A stretch of 64,000 nucleotides of DNA, from the NCBI GenBank assembly GCA_034780895.1, contig JAUZTB010000068.1, positions 17,670,589-17,734,588 of the forward strand, read 5' to 3'. Made by a program: the position numbers and the translations under genes. Source of the DNA: Rhynchobatus australiae (Eukaryota). Each line of letters starts with the position of its first letter. Position 1 is the first letter of the stretch. The notes beneath the pieces were generated by a model. It was not told the origin of the DNA and ran no database searches. It was given only the letters and a program-made list of their open reading frames with translations. Below are positions 1 to 12,849 of this stretch, piece after piece.

Positions 1-514
1 TTGCAATTAGTATGCAACTGCAAAATACATATTCAAGATAGGTTTGCACAAAGTTGGGTATGGAATAAAACTGGACAAAGATCCCACAAGCAAAATTTTA
101 CACAGATCTATTGTGGAATTTTAAAATAGAACACCCAATTCCTAAATTTAATTGAAAGCAGAAAGATTACAGAATTTAACAAACATTCCACCATTCTCCC
201 TTACTTTCCTAGCAACAAATACCTGCAACACCAGCTATTCTGGCCAGAAAGTTAAGGCAAAGTAAATCTGGATTAGATTGCAAAAATCAACAGAAATACA
301 ATGTACATGCAGTGCAATTATCATACAAGCTGATTTCATAGTCAACCTCATGTAGGTCTCAACTACATTTGTAAATGTAATTGTGCAAACTGTACATCAG
401 ATTTTCTAGTACTAATAGCTATAGCACCAATTCTCAATTTCGTAGAAAGAATAGAAAAATAGTAAGAAATTAGACAATGTTGATATACAGTAGTACTTGG
501 GTTAAGCAAACACA

Positions 515-1120
515 GCAAGTAGAATGGTGAATGTTGAGTATTCTTGCAAGGAAGTTAGAGTGCAAAATTAAACAAGCCTGGTTGCAGTTGTAAAGGGCTT
601 TGGTGAAACCACATCTGCACTACTATGTAGTTTTGGTTTCCATGAGGTAATGAAGCATAGATTTACTAAATGTACAAGGTTCTGATAGAATAGATACTGA
701 AATGTAGTTTCCTCTGGCTGGAGAAANNNNNNNNNNNNNNNNNNNNNNNNNNNNNNNNNNNNNNNNNNNNNNNNNNNNNNNNNNNNNNNNNNNNNNNNNN
801 NNNNNNNNNNNNNNNNNNNNNNNNNNGTAGTTTCCTCTGGCTGGAGAAATACAAACTAGACAAAGTTTCAGGATAAATTGACAGTTTCAGAGGAGAAGCG
901 GAGAAATTTCTTCTATGTAGAAGTTTGCAAAATGTTTGCAATACTTTATCCCTGAAGCTATTGCTTCTAGTTTATTCAAGATAGCAATCAATAGATTTTT
1001 GGATATCAACCAAAACAAAGGATATGGGAATACAGACTAAGGGGTGCATCCACCATCTTATTGAATGGCAGAGCAGGTTTGAAAAACTGCAAGGCCCAAT
1101 GCTACTTCTATTTCTTTAGC
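515..1120 (+). mobile_element. Old CR1 LINE 3' fragment
   Basis: Degenerate LQLYKALVKPHLxYYV-type ORF2 C-terminus and a CR1-like tail; interrupted by a gap. Confidence 0.6.
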
Positions 1121-1899
1121 TGTTCCTAAAATATTTCAAAACTACAGAACTACTGCCGTATTTTGCAGAAGACTTTTCTTAAATATATAGAGCATTGAGA
1201 TGTAGCACACTCATCCACTCAATTTCCAATTCTATATTGAATTATTTTGTTTAAGGAATTGAAATGGTTAGTGTCAAATCCTATAATAGCCAAATCGTGA
1301 AGGAACAATGGAAGCAAACAGAAAATAAAAATTGTGTTGCAGTAGCACAAGAGCAGCACAAAATATGTACAAGTAGTTTAGTCAAAAGTATGGAATTTTG
1401 GCAAGAAATATTTTTCTAGACTCTTTGCCCCCCCCCCCCGCCTCCCACCCCGCTTTATAGNNNNNNNNNNTGCCCCCCCCCCCCCCCCAAAAAAAAAGTA
1501 CATTCAGGAAGCTTTGTAATTTCTTTTTTAAGACCAGTTTCTCTTAAGACATGTTGCACTCTCTCTCTCAGCCCATTTATTGGATCAAGTAAATAAAAAT
1601 GGACAGGGAAGTAAATCTTAAGGGCATAGTTTGGATGCAAATTCCTGCTTATAATTTTTCTGATGTACAATTTGCAAAATAAATGTTACAATTGGTTGAA
1701 ATATGCATAATCCCTACACGAACAAATTTTTGTTCATTTCTACTCATGGGTGGTTATAGACCTTTTCTTGGAGGTGTTGCAATTCTTATACATATTGGCA
1801 ATTCTATATTTTGAACTACTGACAATGAACAGCTAAAATCATATCTCAGGTAATACAGTATATGACTTGGAGGGGAATAGGAAAGAGGTCTTGATTTCA

Positions 1900-2248
1900 A
1901 AAACATCAAATTCTAAAAGGACAAGACAGACTTGATACAGGGAGAATATTCTAGATGGCAAGCGTCCAGAATCAAGGGTCACAACTTCAGGATGTGAGGT
2001 ATGCTATTTTAAAACAAGATTAGGAGATATTTCTTCACCCAGCGAGTCGTAAACTTCTAGCATTTACTATTACAGAAGGTAGTAGAGCACAAGTATAAAT
2101 TCAAAAGGGAGGTAGATCTATTTCTTTAAGTTAAAAATATCAAGGGATACAGAGAAAAGGGAAGATTAGAGTATTGAAGAGGATCATGTTGAAAGGTGGA
2201 GCAGGCCCTGAAGAACAAATGGCCTACTCCTGCTCCCATGTTTCTATA
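1900..2248 (+). mobile_element. CR1 LINE 3' fragment
   Basis: FFTQRVV-like TTCTTCACCCAGCGAGTCGT, then tail GGCCTACTCCTGCTCC. Confidence 0.65.
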
Positions 2249-2306
2249 ATAAAAACAAGATGTTGGAAAAACTCAGCAGGTCAGGCAACATTTGTGTAAA
2301 GAAAAA

Positions 2307-2346
2307 CAGTTAATGTTTCAGGTTGAAGAACCCTTCATCAGAACAG
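2307..2346 (-). ncRNA. Minimal type-I hammerhead ribozyme motif (PLE-associated, partly decayed)
   Basis: Minus strand CTGTT-CTGATGA-AGGGTTCTTCAACCT-GAAAC-ATT-AACTG. CUGAUGA and GAAA are intact and stems I and II can form; the ACGT palindrome has mutated to ACAT. Confidence 0.7.
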
Positions 2347-3100
2347 AGAGAGAAAGTTAGTCTAAGTAGCAGATAAGATGAAGGAGGGCAAAGAGCACAA
2401 AGGGGATATCTGAAATTGGTTGAAAGAATGTCGCCATTAAATGGACAGTTAAGGTATTTTGTCTGTGTAATGCATTGCTAATGTTGTGAAGTCTGGGCAA
2501 TATTGTATAGTCTGGCCTACTGGGATGTGCCCAGCAGACCAGAATATACAAATGAAAGGTACGGAGGAATGGCAACACAAGTGACCAATCTGAAAGGAGC
2601 AAATTATCTGAAATTGGAGAATTCAGCATCAAGTCCTTCAGGCTGCAACAGGCCCAGAAGAAAACTGAGATGTTGTTCCTTGAGGTTATGTTGGTCAATT
2701 TTGTAACAGCATAGGAGGCCACTGGCAGAGAGGCGAGATTGGGATAGTGAATTAAAGCAGCAGGCAAAAAGCAGCTCAGGGGTTACTCCTGCAGAATGAG
2801 TACAGTTGCTCCACAAAGTGATCACTCAAACTACACTTGGTTTCTCCAGTGTAGAGGTCACATTGTAAACACACTGGAAGAAGTTCCCACATTGGAAGAA
2901 ATGACCTACCTGGAAAAATTGTTTGGGTCCTTGGATGATGGGAAAGGAAGAGGTGAAAGGGTGAAAGGACAGGTAATTGGATCTCCAATGCCTATGACAG
3001 GGATAATAAATGGGGTTGGAAGAGTTGACTAAGGAGATGCAAAGGGATTGATCTCTTCGAAATGCTGCGAGAGAGGAGGGGAATACATTTCTCATGGTGG

Positions 3101-3360
3101 AGTCTGCGTGGGTTTCCTCTGGTTTGCTCCGGTTTCCTCCCACATTCCAAAGACGTACGGGTAGGTTAATTTGGGGTTTAAAATAGGCGCATGGACTCGT
3201 TGGGCTGGAAGGGCATGTTACNNNNNNNNNNNNNNNNNNNNNNNNNNNNNNNNNNNNNNNNNNNNNNNNNNNNNNNNNNNNNNNNNNNNNNNNNNNNNNN
3301 NNNNNNNNNNNNNNNNNNNNNTAAATAAAATTTAATTTAAATTTTTAAAAAAAATTTAAT
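3101..3360 (+). mobile_element. 5'-truncated V-SINE with CR1-like tail, nested in the Penelope element
   Basis: V-domain GTCTGCGTGGGTTTCCTC...CCGGTTTCCTCCCACATTCCAAAGACG; tail TTGGGCTGGAAGGGC; AT-rich end. Confidence 0.8.
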
Positions 3361-6300
3361 TTTTAAAATCTTGTTTGAGCTGGTGGAAATTGCAAAAGAT
3401 GGTCCTTTGAAATGCATAAGCTGGTGGGGTGGAAGATGAAGATGTCAAAATATCAAAAAGGAGTGAGAGCAGAGGTGCAAGAAATAGATGATATATATTT
3501 TTGGTCTGCTGAGCACATGCCATTATGCCAGACTACATAACATCACCCAGACTGCACAACATTAGCAACACAATGCACAAAGTAAGTTTAAAATGTCCAT
3601 TTAATGGACATGTTATTTCACCCTGTTTATTGACATTCCCTTTGTTCCACCCATTGCCTTCCCACCTCTGCTACTTAGACTCACCCTCTCTTTCTTAGTC
3701 CTGAAATCTTTAACCTGAAATATTAACTTTCTCAACTGCCTGACCTGGTGTTTTTGTTGGGGGNNNNNNNNNNCCCCCCCCCCCCCCCAACATTTTCTGT
3801 TTTTATTTCAAATTTACAGCACCTGTATTTTTCTTTGATTTTCACCTGTTTCTATGATCTTGTTGTTGCTCCATGCTTTGATGGCAGAGGATGCAAGATT
3901 AGGAAGCACTGTCAAAATAAGCTTGGATAATTTGTTGCAGTCAATCCCGCAGCAGAAAATATTCAAATAGTCTAAACTCATCACCTTGAGAAATCTTTGT
4001 AATAAGTATGCTACAACAACAGGCCTCCAGCAACTATCCCCTTGTTGCATGGCTCTATCAATTGAATCAATTGATCTTAACACTTCTCATTGTCTCACTC
4101 AGTGGAATTCTGCCTGGATATCAAGGATAGTTACTCATACATTGTTTGGCATTCAAACTAACGTGCATACTTGAATCAAGATAAGTTCAGGAGTTGGGTG
4201 ATTCTGGTAGAACCTACGCCAATGAACAGATTTGGTCATGTGATCCCTTCAACCTTTCAATAAATAATCAGGAAGAGCATTATAAGGCAAAAGTTGGCTG
4301 GATGAACAAATGTTGTCTAGATTTATGAAAAACTGAATTTTCCGCAATGCTGGGAAGACATCAATGTCAACAAAACAGCTCTGTTGGAAAAGCTCCAAGT
4401 CTGCTGCAGAGGTCTTGAACACAACAATAGTGATATTTTGTAGCCCATTTCAATTGCCACAGCCAATTCTTCATGCTTTAATACCATGCAGATAGAATGA
4501 GATTAACTAAGAGGAAAGTGACAATGATAATTGTGGAAATCACAGCATGGAGTTGTGGTTTCATCCATTTGGCACTTTTGGATTAAAATGCTTATTGGCG
4601 AGTTACTTTGGCCTAATTTCTTTCCTTCAAAAGGATATGTTGATACTTATAGATCTTTGGTTGATTGCAACACAGCTCAGATGTCTAGTTCATGCTCCAC
4701 ATGCAAGGAGCACTGTGCTAGGATCTTATGCTCACATATGGTCCTGCTGCCAGAAGAGTCCAATTGTACAGTCTAAATGTTCAATTATGTTACTATTTAC
4801 ATTTATCATCAACAAGCTTTGGGTCAGGCTAGGAGATTACAGATTTTAACAGCATACAAATCACAGCTTTAAGACCCACAAGACAGCTAATGTCCTGTCT
4901 AATCTGCTCCATTTAACAGTGATAATATGGATCTGTACATTGGAGGGTAGCTTTATAGTAAAAATATTATGCTCTCAAAATGGCTGTGTGGCAGTCATTC
5001 CCACTAATGCTTTGATGGGAAAAAAAAGGTCTGTATACCAAGATGGTAAAGAAGACATTGGATAGAGTGTTTTGTCACACTCTGGCAGTTGCAAAAATCA
5101 AACATCTATTTTCATCAGGGCTTAACCAATTCTGGCAGAAAATTCTGTGTCATAGCTTTTGTAATTGCTTCCTCCAATCAGCAAGTTCCTTGACACTGTC
5201 TAACCTGAACTCTCTGGATTTCAATGTACCTGCCCTCAAGTGTTATTCATGTAACTGCAAATACAATGGCCCAGATTTTGGCTGTAACAAATCCACACAA
5301 ATAGGTGGCATTTGCTACTGTTCATAAAAGAAAGCTGTCCACAAAGGTATAACAATCGGTGTGGCATATATTTCATCTCTTTCTACAATAGCTGTAACTA
5401 ATCATCAGTTCTAGGAAACTTTGGCATCCAGCACGTAAAGCAGCCAATCAAATTGACATTCTCAGACAGTAAACCAAGTAGTCAAAAGGACAATTTTAAA
5501 ACTAACTTTTTAAATATTTTTACAAATCACAAAATACTATATAACCATGATTAAAATAGCTGAAATATCATAAACTTGGAATTTAAATATTTCAGAGAGA
5601 ATGGCAATGTAGGAAAGAAACTAGTTTTAAAATAAGTGTCCAAAGTCATTAAGCAACTTGAATTGTAATAACTGCCATTAAAAATCTTACTTTCACCTTA
5701 TGAACCTGACTGTGTCGGNNNNNNNNNNNNNNNNNNNNNNNNNNNNNNNNNNNNNNNNNNNNNNNNNNNNNNNNNNNNNNNNNNNNNNNNNNNNNNNNNN
5801 NNNNNNNNNNNNNNNNNNTTTTTTGGTATTCCCCCCCCCCCCCCCCCGCCGAGAGACTTATTTGCAAATACCCTAATCCAGTTTTATTTATTCCAGAAAA
5901 TTATGTTGGAAAGGTTTGCAAAGCAGTAAATTCTGTAGCGGGCAATTGATTACAGATGGAAAACTGTGGACTTTTTTTTGTGGTTCTAATGTATCTGTAT
6001 ACTCCAGAAGCTGCCACCAGATTTTCTCCATTATAATGATGAGTATTAATAGTATGTTATTTTCCCACTACAAATTCTCAACCATAAATTACAAGCATAC
6101 AAGGCTTAAATTTATTCCTCAGTTATGCTGATATTCCCATTTTGGAGATNNNNNNNNNNNNNNNNNNNNNNNNNNNNNNNNNNNNNNNNNNNNNNNNNNN
6201 NNNNNNNNNNNNNNNNNNNNNNNNNNNNNNNNNNNNNNNNNNNNNNNNNNNNNNNNNNNNNNNNNNNNNNNNNNNNNNNNNNNNNNNNNNNNNNNNNNNN

Positions 6301-7849
6301 NNNNNNNNNNNNNNNNNNNNNNNNNNNNNNNNNNNNNNNNNNNNNNNNNNNNNNNNNNNNNNNNNNNNNNNNNNNNNNNNNNNNNNNNNNNNNNNNNNNN
6401 NNNNNNNNNNNNNNNNNNNNNNNNNNNNNNNNNNNNNNNNNNNNNNNNNNNNNNNNNNNNNNNNNNNNNNNNNNNNNNNNNNNNNNNGATGGGGTGAAAG
6501 GGGAAGTGACCACAGAAAAGTGACCAGAATTTGTGAAAGACATCATTAAACAGGCAAAAACAAAGATTTGTGAAACTTGGTTGAAGGTGGATATATTTGC
6601 ATGGAAATGGGGATTATGTGGATTGAATAAAAATTTAATAGCGGTTGTCGGCACTCTAAGCATAACACTATAAGGAGACAAGAATGGAGGGAAAAAGGTA
6701 CAAAAAGACTTGCTTGAATTATGGTTAGGAATATAATAGTTCTCAAAAACAGAAGACTTCTACCAAAGTAGATAAAATTAAAAATGGGACCCAAAGAAAC
6801 TTTTCATAAGTTCTGAAAGGATGATTAGTGAAAGAAAGCTTCCAGATTGGTAACAAGGAGGCAAGACACAGAACAAGTAAAAACAAATGAGAGAATCAAG
6901 AACATTTTCCAAATTTTTTTGTGGACTTGGAATGCCTGTACAACAAATTGCTATTATAGCACTGTTAAAAGACTTGATAGTGATTTGAAAATAATGTAAA
7001 CAAATGCAGATGTGAAATAAAATCAGTGTATGCTTCCAATTGACACCAGAATCACAAAAGGGGCACAATAGGCCAAATGTCCTCTTTCTGTCATTCTACG
7101 ATGATCCTTTTTTATCCAAATTTAATAAACTTACATTTAATTGTAATGTTATTAATGTAGAATACGAGGAAAGAAACACTAGTGGAGCCTGCTTTATCAA
7201 TTTGCACGTTTTAAAGTCACATTAGATTTAACTATAAAATCTAAACAAATGAGACAATGCTTTAACTGGAAATTCTTTAAAAAAAAACAAGGAAATGTGC
7301 CTCAAACATTAAGAAAAATCCATTCCAAATGACACAGCATAGAGGAAGATGTCTGCAGTGGCTCTTTAAAAGAGACAGCTAATAAGTTCCACAAATCTTA
7401 CTTTCTCAATGTCTTTTTAAAAATAATCAGTCTGATTCCACTATCCTCCTGATGCATTCACAATTGTAACATTGTGCAAATTTTATTTCCTCATACCACC
7501 TCTCTGGCCAATTGCCTAATTCTGTGTCCTCATGATGTAGATTACTCCATAACTGCACAGAAAATTATCTTTTCTGATCAAGGCCATTCAGAACGTTGAT
7601 ATTCTTCTATCAAATCTCTTGGCTACAAGGAGAACAACCCCACGTCTTTCCCTTCCCACCAATTCTCTAACTGGCACAAAAATTTGGAAATAGCACCAGC
7701 TAAACTAGTACTAATTTAATAATTTTTTTCTGTATAGTCTTTTAAATCTTGAATGTTTCCTTAAGACACCCCCCTCAGAGTTGACAACTCCAAATGGGCC
7801 ATAATTAGTGCTGTATATTTCTATTAGCAGAACTTTAAGAATATTAGCA

Positions 7850-8230
7850 ATAAAGTGAGTAGGCTGTACAGCCTCTCAAACCTGCTCTGCCATTCAAAAA
7901 GATAATGACCTCTAGACCACTTTCTGACCCGATCCCTCTGCACCCACAATTCCCTTCCCTCCTCCCGTACATAGCCTCTAGCCACCACTAATTTTTAATG
8001 TCCAAAAATTTCATATCTTGGCATTGGACATGTTCAACAACTGAAATGTCCATGGCACTGTGGTAGGGAATTCCAAAAATTTACACTCCTCTACACAAAG
8101 AAATGACTTACCTCGGTCCTAAGTGGCTGAACCAGCCTCTCAGCAACTATCCTATTGATCCTTCTCAGACTTGTATACATCTCAATGAACACTCAGTCTA
8201 AATTTCAGTGAGGACAAACCAATGTATGTT
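7850..8230 (-). mobile_element. Old CR1 3' fragment
   Basis: Reverse complement of a CR1 tail (GAGTAGGC...CCTGCTCTGCCATTCAA) and GGAATTCCA..TTTAC motif. Confidence 0.5.
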
Positions 8231-8460
8231 TATATTTCTTAAGCAAAGGACATTGCACATCTTTCAAAAAAAAGCCTTCTCTACATGACTTGCCATCCCC
8301 ACTGGCTTCTCTGACACTGATTAAAAATGATATCATTTAAAGATAAAATGGGCTTTGATCACAGCTTAAATCAGAAGATTAGTGCAGTAGTGGGTGTCAA
8401 ACATATAACAGACCAAACTAGTATATTTTATAAACCATCAGAATTCTCTAACCAACTTAC

Positions 8461-8602
8461 CAGACCCTGGTATCTGAAGGAATCATAAACACTCCTGATG
8501 AAGAGCCAGAAAGGCCAAAGATATTCAAAGCGGAATTCGAGGACAAAATCTGCCAGCAACACCAGTGCCCACACAACAAGGAATTTAAGGTACAAGAAAG
8601 TG
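8461..8602 (-). CDS. MACO1: Macoilin coding exon 2 (STFLYLKFLVVWALVLLADFVLEFRFEYLWPFWLFIRSVYDSFRYQGL)
   Basis: 142-nt exon with pyrimidine tract and TTTTGCAG acceptor, CTG|GTAAGT donor. Its phase completes the AG|C Ser codon from exon 1, and the peptide matches the first transmembrane region of macoilin. Confidence 0.97.
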
Positions 8603-9914
8603 CTGCAAAATGGGAAAAAGAAAACAATTTAGACATTGAATTGCAAATTACGTAATTTGATTTTGTCATCAAGTACTCAGAACTCAGAAAGTCATCCATT
8701 TAATCAGACCAGTTGATGGAATTACATAAAAATTAAGAAATTTCATCCACTCAGTCTACTTTGGCATTCATCATTTACGTAAGTGATTGCCTTATCCCAG
8801 GTGCCTAACCTGTTCCTCTATTCCCTNNNNNNNNNNNNNNNNNNNNNNNNNNNNNNNNNNNNNNNNNNNNNNNNNNNNNNNNNNNNNNNNNNNNNNNNNN
8901 NNNNNNNNNNNNNNNNNNNNNNNNNNTTCCCTTGCCTTCAACTACCCACTAATTTTTTCATAAATTCTGGACATGGTCTCTGAATAATTAGGAAATAGTG
9001 GTTACAGTGAAATAAAGGGAGCTTATTCTGCTCCCTTCAAGTTTATTACAAATAATATTTTATTTGTTTTGTTTTGCCTCTTTGTTCTCAACCATTCAAA
9101 TACTGTAATTTGACAACCTCTCCTCATTTTGCCACATCTCAACGTAAAACTTATAAATCTTTCCACACAATCCTTCTACACCAATAATTTCTTCATACAC
9201 TCGAAGGAAAATAACCACAAAATTCAGCTAATTCTTCCTGGTTACATAAGGAAGCATCTGCACTGTGCCATCTTATTTGGCTTAACCTCCTTCCAACAAC
9301 ATTATATTGCATTCAAGGTCTTATTCCAAACATTAATTTTTACGTTTTATATCTCTTGCTATAAAACTGAGTTTTCCAACTGTTTATATTAAAAAAAAAT
9401 CATTACCTTTGACATTTCTCTCTTGGGATAAATTGTAATTTAGTTGGTAAAATGTTAAAAACTAATAAGCCAGTTAAACTTTCTGCAGTACAGGAGTAAG
9501 CTCAAAAACTGATATAGGCAGGTCTTCAGGTAAAATGCGAATCAGGAAGTCATTTCTTATTAGGCAAATAATTTTGAAGAACTACAATAAAATTTAATAT
9601 TCACTTATTTCGGTATTTCCTCTTGTTACTTCCCTGCCTTTTTCTTCATATCTTAAATTTTACACATTCTTCATTAAGTAGAATTCAACCAGCATGGGTC
9701 ACCCTTGTAGCCACTTTTCAAGTAAACTTCAAATCTCAACAAGAAATACAACTCCAGAAAGCATTTGATAAAGTGCTACAACAGTGGATATTGAGGAAAA
9801 TAAATGCTCAGTGCAGGAGGTAACACTTTAGCATATATAGAAGATTGGCAATAGGTATTAATGGATCTTTTTCTGGTTGGCAAGTTGTAACGTGGTGTGA
9901 CATTGGGCAGATGG

Positions 9915-10110
9915 GCTTGTAATAAGCAGTGTTCACAGTTAGTGTTGCTGCCTCAAGGCCCAGCGACCCAGGTTCAATCTTGACCTTAGCTGCTGTCTGT
10001 GTAGAATTTCCACTTTCTTCTTGTGACTGGGTGGGTGCCCCTATATCTTCCCATAGCCCAAAGATGTGCTAGTGGGTTAATGGGGTAGTAAAATATCCCT
10101 TAGTATAATT
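9915..10110 (+). mobile_element. Degenerate tRNA-derived V-SINE
   Basis: B-box-like GGTTCAATC, then GCTGTCTGTGTAGAATTT and a decayed V domain; sits between CR1 fragments at about 9755-9900 and 10140-10495. Confidence 0.65.
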
Positions 10111-10814
10111 AAGTAACAAAAGAACCAAGGGTCTTGATGGATTGTGAAAGGATGCTTCCTCTTGTGTGAAAATCTAGAACTAGGGTTCACTTTTTAAAAA
10201 AATAAGATTATTAAACATTATGGGTTGCCCATCTTTTTCTTTTAAGGTTGTTATGATCCTTTGGAGTTATTTATATCAAGGAATGAGGGAAGTAGAATCA
10301 CTGAATATTTCTCAAGGTGGAGAGAGACAGATTTTTGATAAGCAAATGGCTGAAAGGTTATTGGGGGTAGGCAAGACTGTAGAGTTAAGGTTACAATTAG
10401 ATTAATAATTAGTTGTGACCTTTTGAATGGAAGAGCAGAGCAGGTTTGAGGGGCCGTATAGCCTACTTCTATTCTTAATTTGTATGCTTGTGTAATTGAT
10501 CCTCATCTCTTCTCAAAAAAAGTCTCTACATGTTTGTACTTCAAGAAATAATCAATAGGACAAAATTTGCAAATATGCACAATTCCAATGGAATCCTTTC
10601 CTCAGTTCAGCACTGCTAAGGGCAAATGACTACTGCTTCGGCTGAGTAAATTAACTCAAAGGTTAGGATCAAATTTAAGATCTTACTATTCATACAACTC
10701 AGTCTTAAACTGCAGGGTAATTAGGAGTCCATTTTTTTTGTACACTGATGTCAGAAGGTTTTTATTGACACAGCAAAGAAACTGCCTGAGAGCATTTCTT
10801 GACCCCGAGAGTTA

Positions 10815-11055
10815 TGAGAGAACCTCACAGATATTAGTGAATTTGTGGAATTCTCTTCTGTGGAGGGTTGTGAAAGGTAGATCATTGGAAGTATTTAAAG
10901 AGGAAGTAGATATATTTTTGAAAGATCAGGGAATTGAGGACCACGGGGAACTGGCACAGAAGAGCAGATAAGACCTAGGGCAGTTCAGTCATGAATACAT
11001 TGAATGATGGGGCAGGCTTGAGCAGCAAGAACACCTTCTGCTCCTACTTTCTTAT
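10815..11055 (+). mobile_element. CR1 3' fragment
   Basis: VNLWNSL...SLEVFKEEVDIFL ORF2 end plus tail CCTTCTGCTCCTACTTTCTT. Confidence 0.7.
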
Positions 11056-11214
11056 AACATAATGGAAGAAACATTAAAATGGCACAGTTAAATCCTTTCC
11101 TAGCATACCACAACCATCAACTCTCTATTCACATAATACTTTTTTTTGTAATTGCCATTTACCTCAGCTAATTTTAAATAAGTGCTCATAAAAAAGACAA
11201 AATAATTAATGTTT

Positions 11215-11510
11215 AATGCCAATCAGGCAATGACTGTGGAACAAGAAAAAGTTAACACTTCAGGTTAACTATCTTTCCTCATAATTAGGGAAAGTTTGAA
11301 ATCAGACATATTCTAAGTTGCAGGGAGGGAAAGGGGTGGAAGAACAGAGGAAATGTCAATGACTGGGTAGAGGCCGAATGACACAAGGTGGTGGTATAAG
11401 CAGAGTTAGACTTCAGACATTGCTAAATCTGAAGATCAATCTCATGTTAACTGTAGTCTTTTCTCAACCAATGCTACCCGATTTGTTGGTTAATTCCAAC
11501 ATCTTGTTTT
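11215..11510. mobile_element. Decayed Penelope-derived fold-back element
   Basis: Minus-strand pLTR start with a very degenerate hammerhead at about 11250-11285 and a plus-strand pLTR end at about 11445-11510. Confidence 0.5.
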
Positions 11511-12034
11511 NNNNNNNNNNNNNNNNNNNNNNNNNNNNNNNNNNNNNNNNNNNNNNNNNNNNNNNNNNNNNNNNNNNNNNNNNNNNNNNNNNNNNNNNNN
11601 NNNNNNNNNNNNNCCATTTTAGTTGGTCAAGCAGATAGAGGAGGAAAGGCCTTTGCGCACAAAGTTTCCAAGGACTGATCTATCACGAATGGTGCCTTGG
11701 TTCTTGTGCACAAAAGAATTGGTGCCGGGGGCCCCGCACATGGGCCCTTGACAGTATCCCTTCAACATGCCATACAACTTCCAATCCATTGCAAATCCAT
11801 TCTTCTGGAGTCATACATGGTTTTTCATTCAACTGTGAAAAGAATTATTAGCAAATTACCTGAAATGTTGACAAAGCTGGAATAATAAAGATTATGGAAA
11901 TGTTTTTCCACAGCCAGTATCAGAAATCTTAGACTGTTACAGGAAGACTTGAACACTGTTTCAATAAGGAAAGTAGATGCATCCTCCTGCAACAGTTGGA
12001 GAGATCAGCTCCCTTGCCCTACATTTTACCTCAT

Positions 12035-12149
12035 CAAGTTTTTTTTTACTCAGAGAGTGCTAAGTGCGTGGAATGAGCTGCTGGAAATGGTGGTGGAGGC
12101 AGATACGATAGGATCTTTCAAGAGACTGTTAGATAGGTACATGGAGCTA
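12035..12149 (+). mobile_element. CR1 3' fragment cut by a gap
   Basis: FFFTQRVLSAWNELLEMVVEADTIGSFKRLLDRYM. Confidence 0.8.
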
Positions 12150-12849
12150 NNNNNNNNNNNNNNNNNNNNNNNNNNNNNNNNNNNNNNNNNNNNNNNNNNN
12201 NNNNNNNNNNNNNNNNNNNNNNNNNNNNNNNNNNNNNNNNNNNNNNNNNNNNNNNNNNNNNNNNNNNNNNNNNNNNNNNNNNNNNNNNNNNNNNNNNNNN
12301 NNNNNNNNNNNNNNNNNNNNNNNNNNNNNNNNNNNNNNNNNNNNNNNNNNNNNNNNNNNNNNNNNNNNNNNNNNNNNNNNNNNNNNNNNNNNNNNNNNNN
12401 NNNNNNNNNNNNNNNNNNNNNNNNNNNNNNNNNNNNNNNNNNNNNNNNNNNNNNNNNNNNNNNNNNNNNNNNNNNNNNNNNNNNNNNNNNNNNNNNNNNN
12501 NNNNNNNNNNNNNNNNNNNNNNNNNNNNNNNNNNNNNNNNNNNNNNNNNNNNNNNNNNNNNNNNNNNNNNNNNNNNNNNNNNNNNNNNNNNNNNNNNNNN
12601 NNNNNNNNNCCCCCCCCCCCCCCCCCCATTAAGACTGAGAACATCCAGGCAGCTGCCTCCAAGTGCTCCCAACCTTTCTCCTAACCCACAGGCAGAAATT
12701 CTTAAGGTTAGACTTCAAACCCAGCCTGAAAATTAAGAACCATTGACCCAAATCTTTTATTCCCTCTCCACATATGCTATTGGCCCAGGTATTTCCTGCA
12801 GTTTCTATTTAGATTTCAGATTTCCAAAATTTTGCTTTTGTCTGACTTC

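Larger units (their letters stand above)
2250..3830 (-). mobile_element. Penelope-like element (GIY-YIG end) with inverted pseudo-LTRs
   Basis: Minus-strand remnants QCDLYTGETK and LKEQHLSFLLGLLQPEGLDAEFSNFR (PLE GIY-YIG C-terminus). 2255-2550 and 3495-3830 are inverted copies of each other. Confidence 0.8.

Noticed and set aside
704-849. Direct repeats flanking 100-N gaps (also 53657/53767, 54349/54478, 8821/8927)
   Set aside because: Identical sequence on both sides of fixed-length gaps indicates unmerged overlapping contig ends, not biological repeats or TSDs.
1427-1498. Poly-C/poly-G tracts beside gaps (also 3774, 5831, 12610)
   Set aside because: Homopolymers that break short-read assemblies; their lengths are unreliable and no function can be inferred.
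1-8460. Search for MACO1 exons 3-4 (AFSVFFVCVAF..., ERGVCLPTVSLW...)
   Set aside because: No matching sequence seen; they presumably lie left of the window or in a gap.
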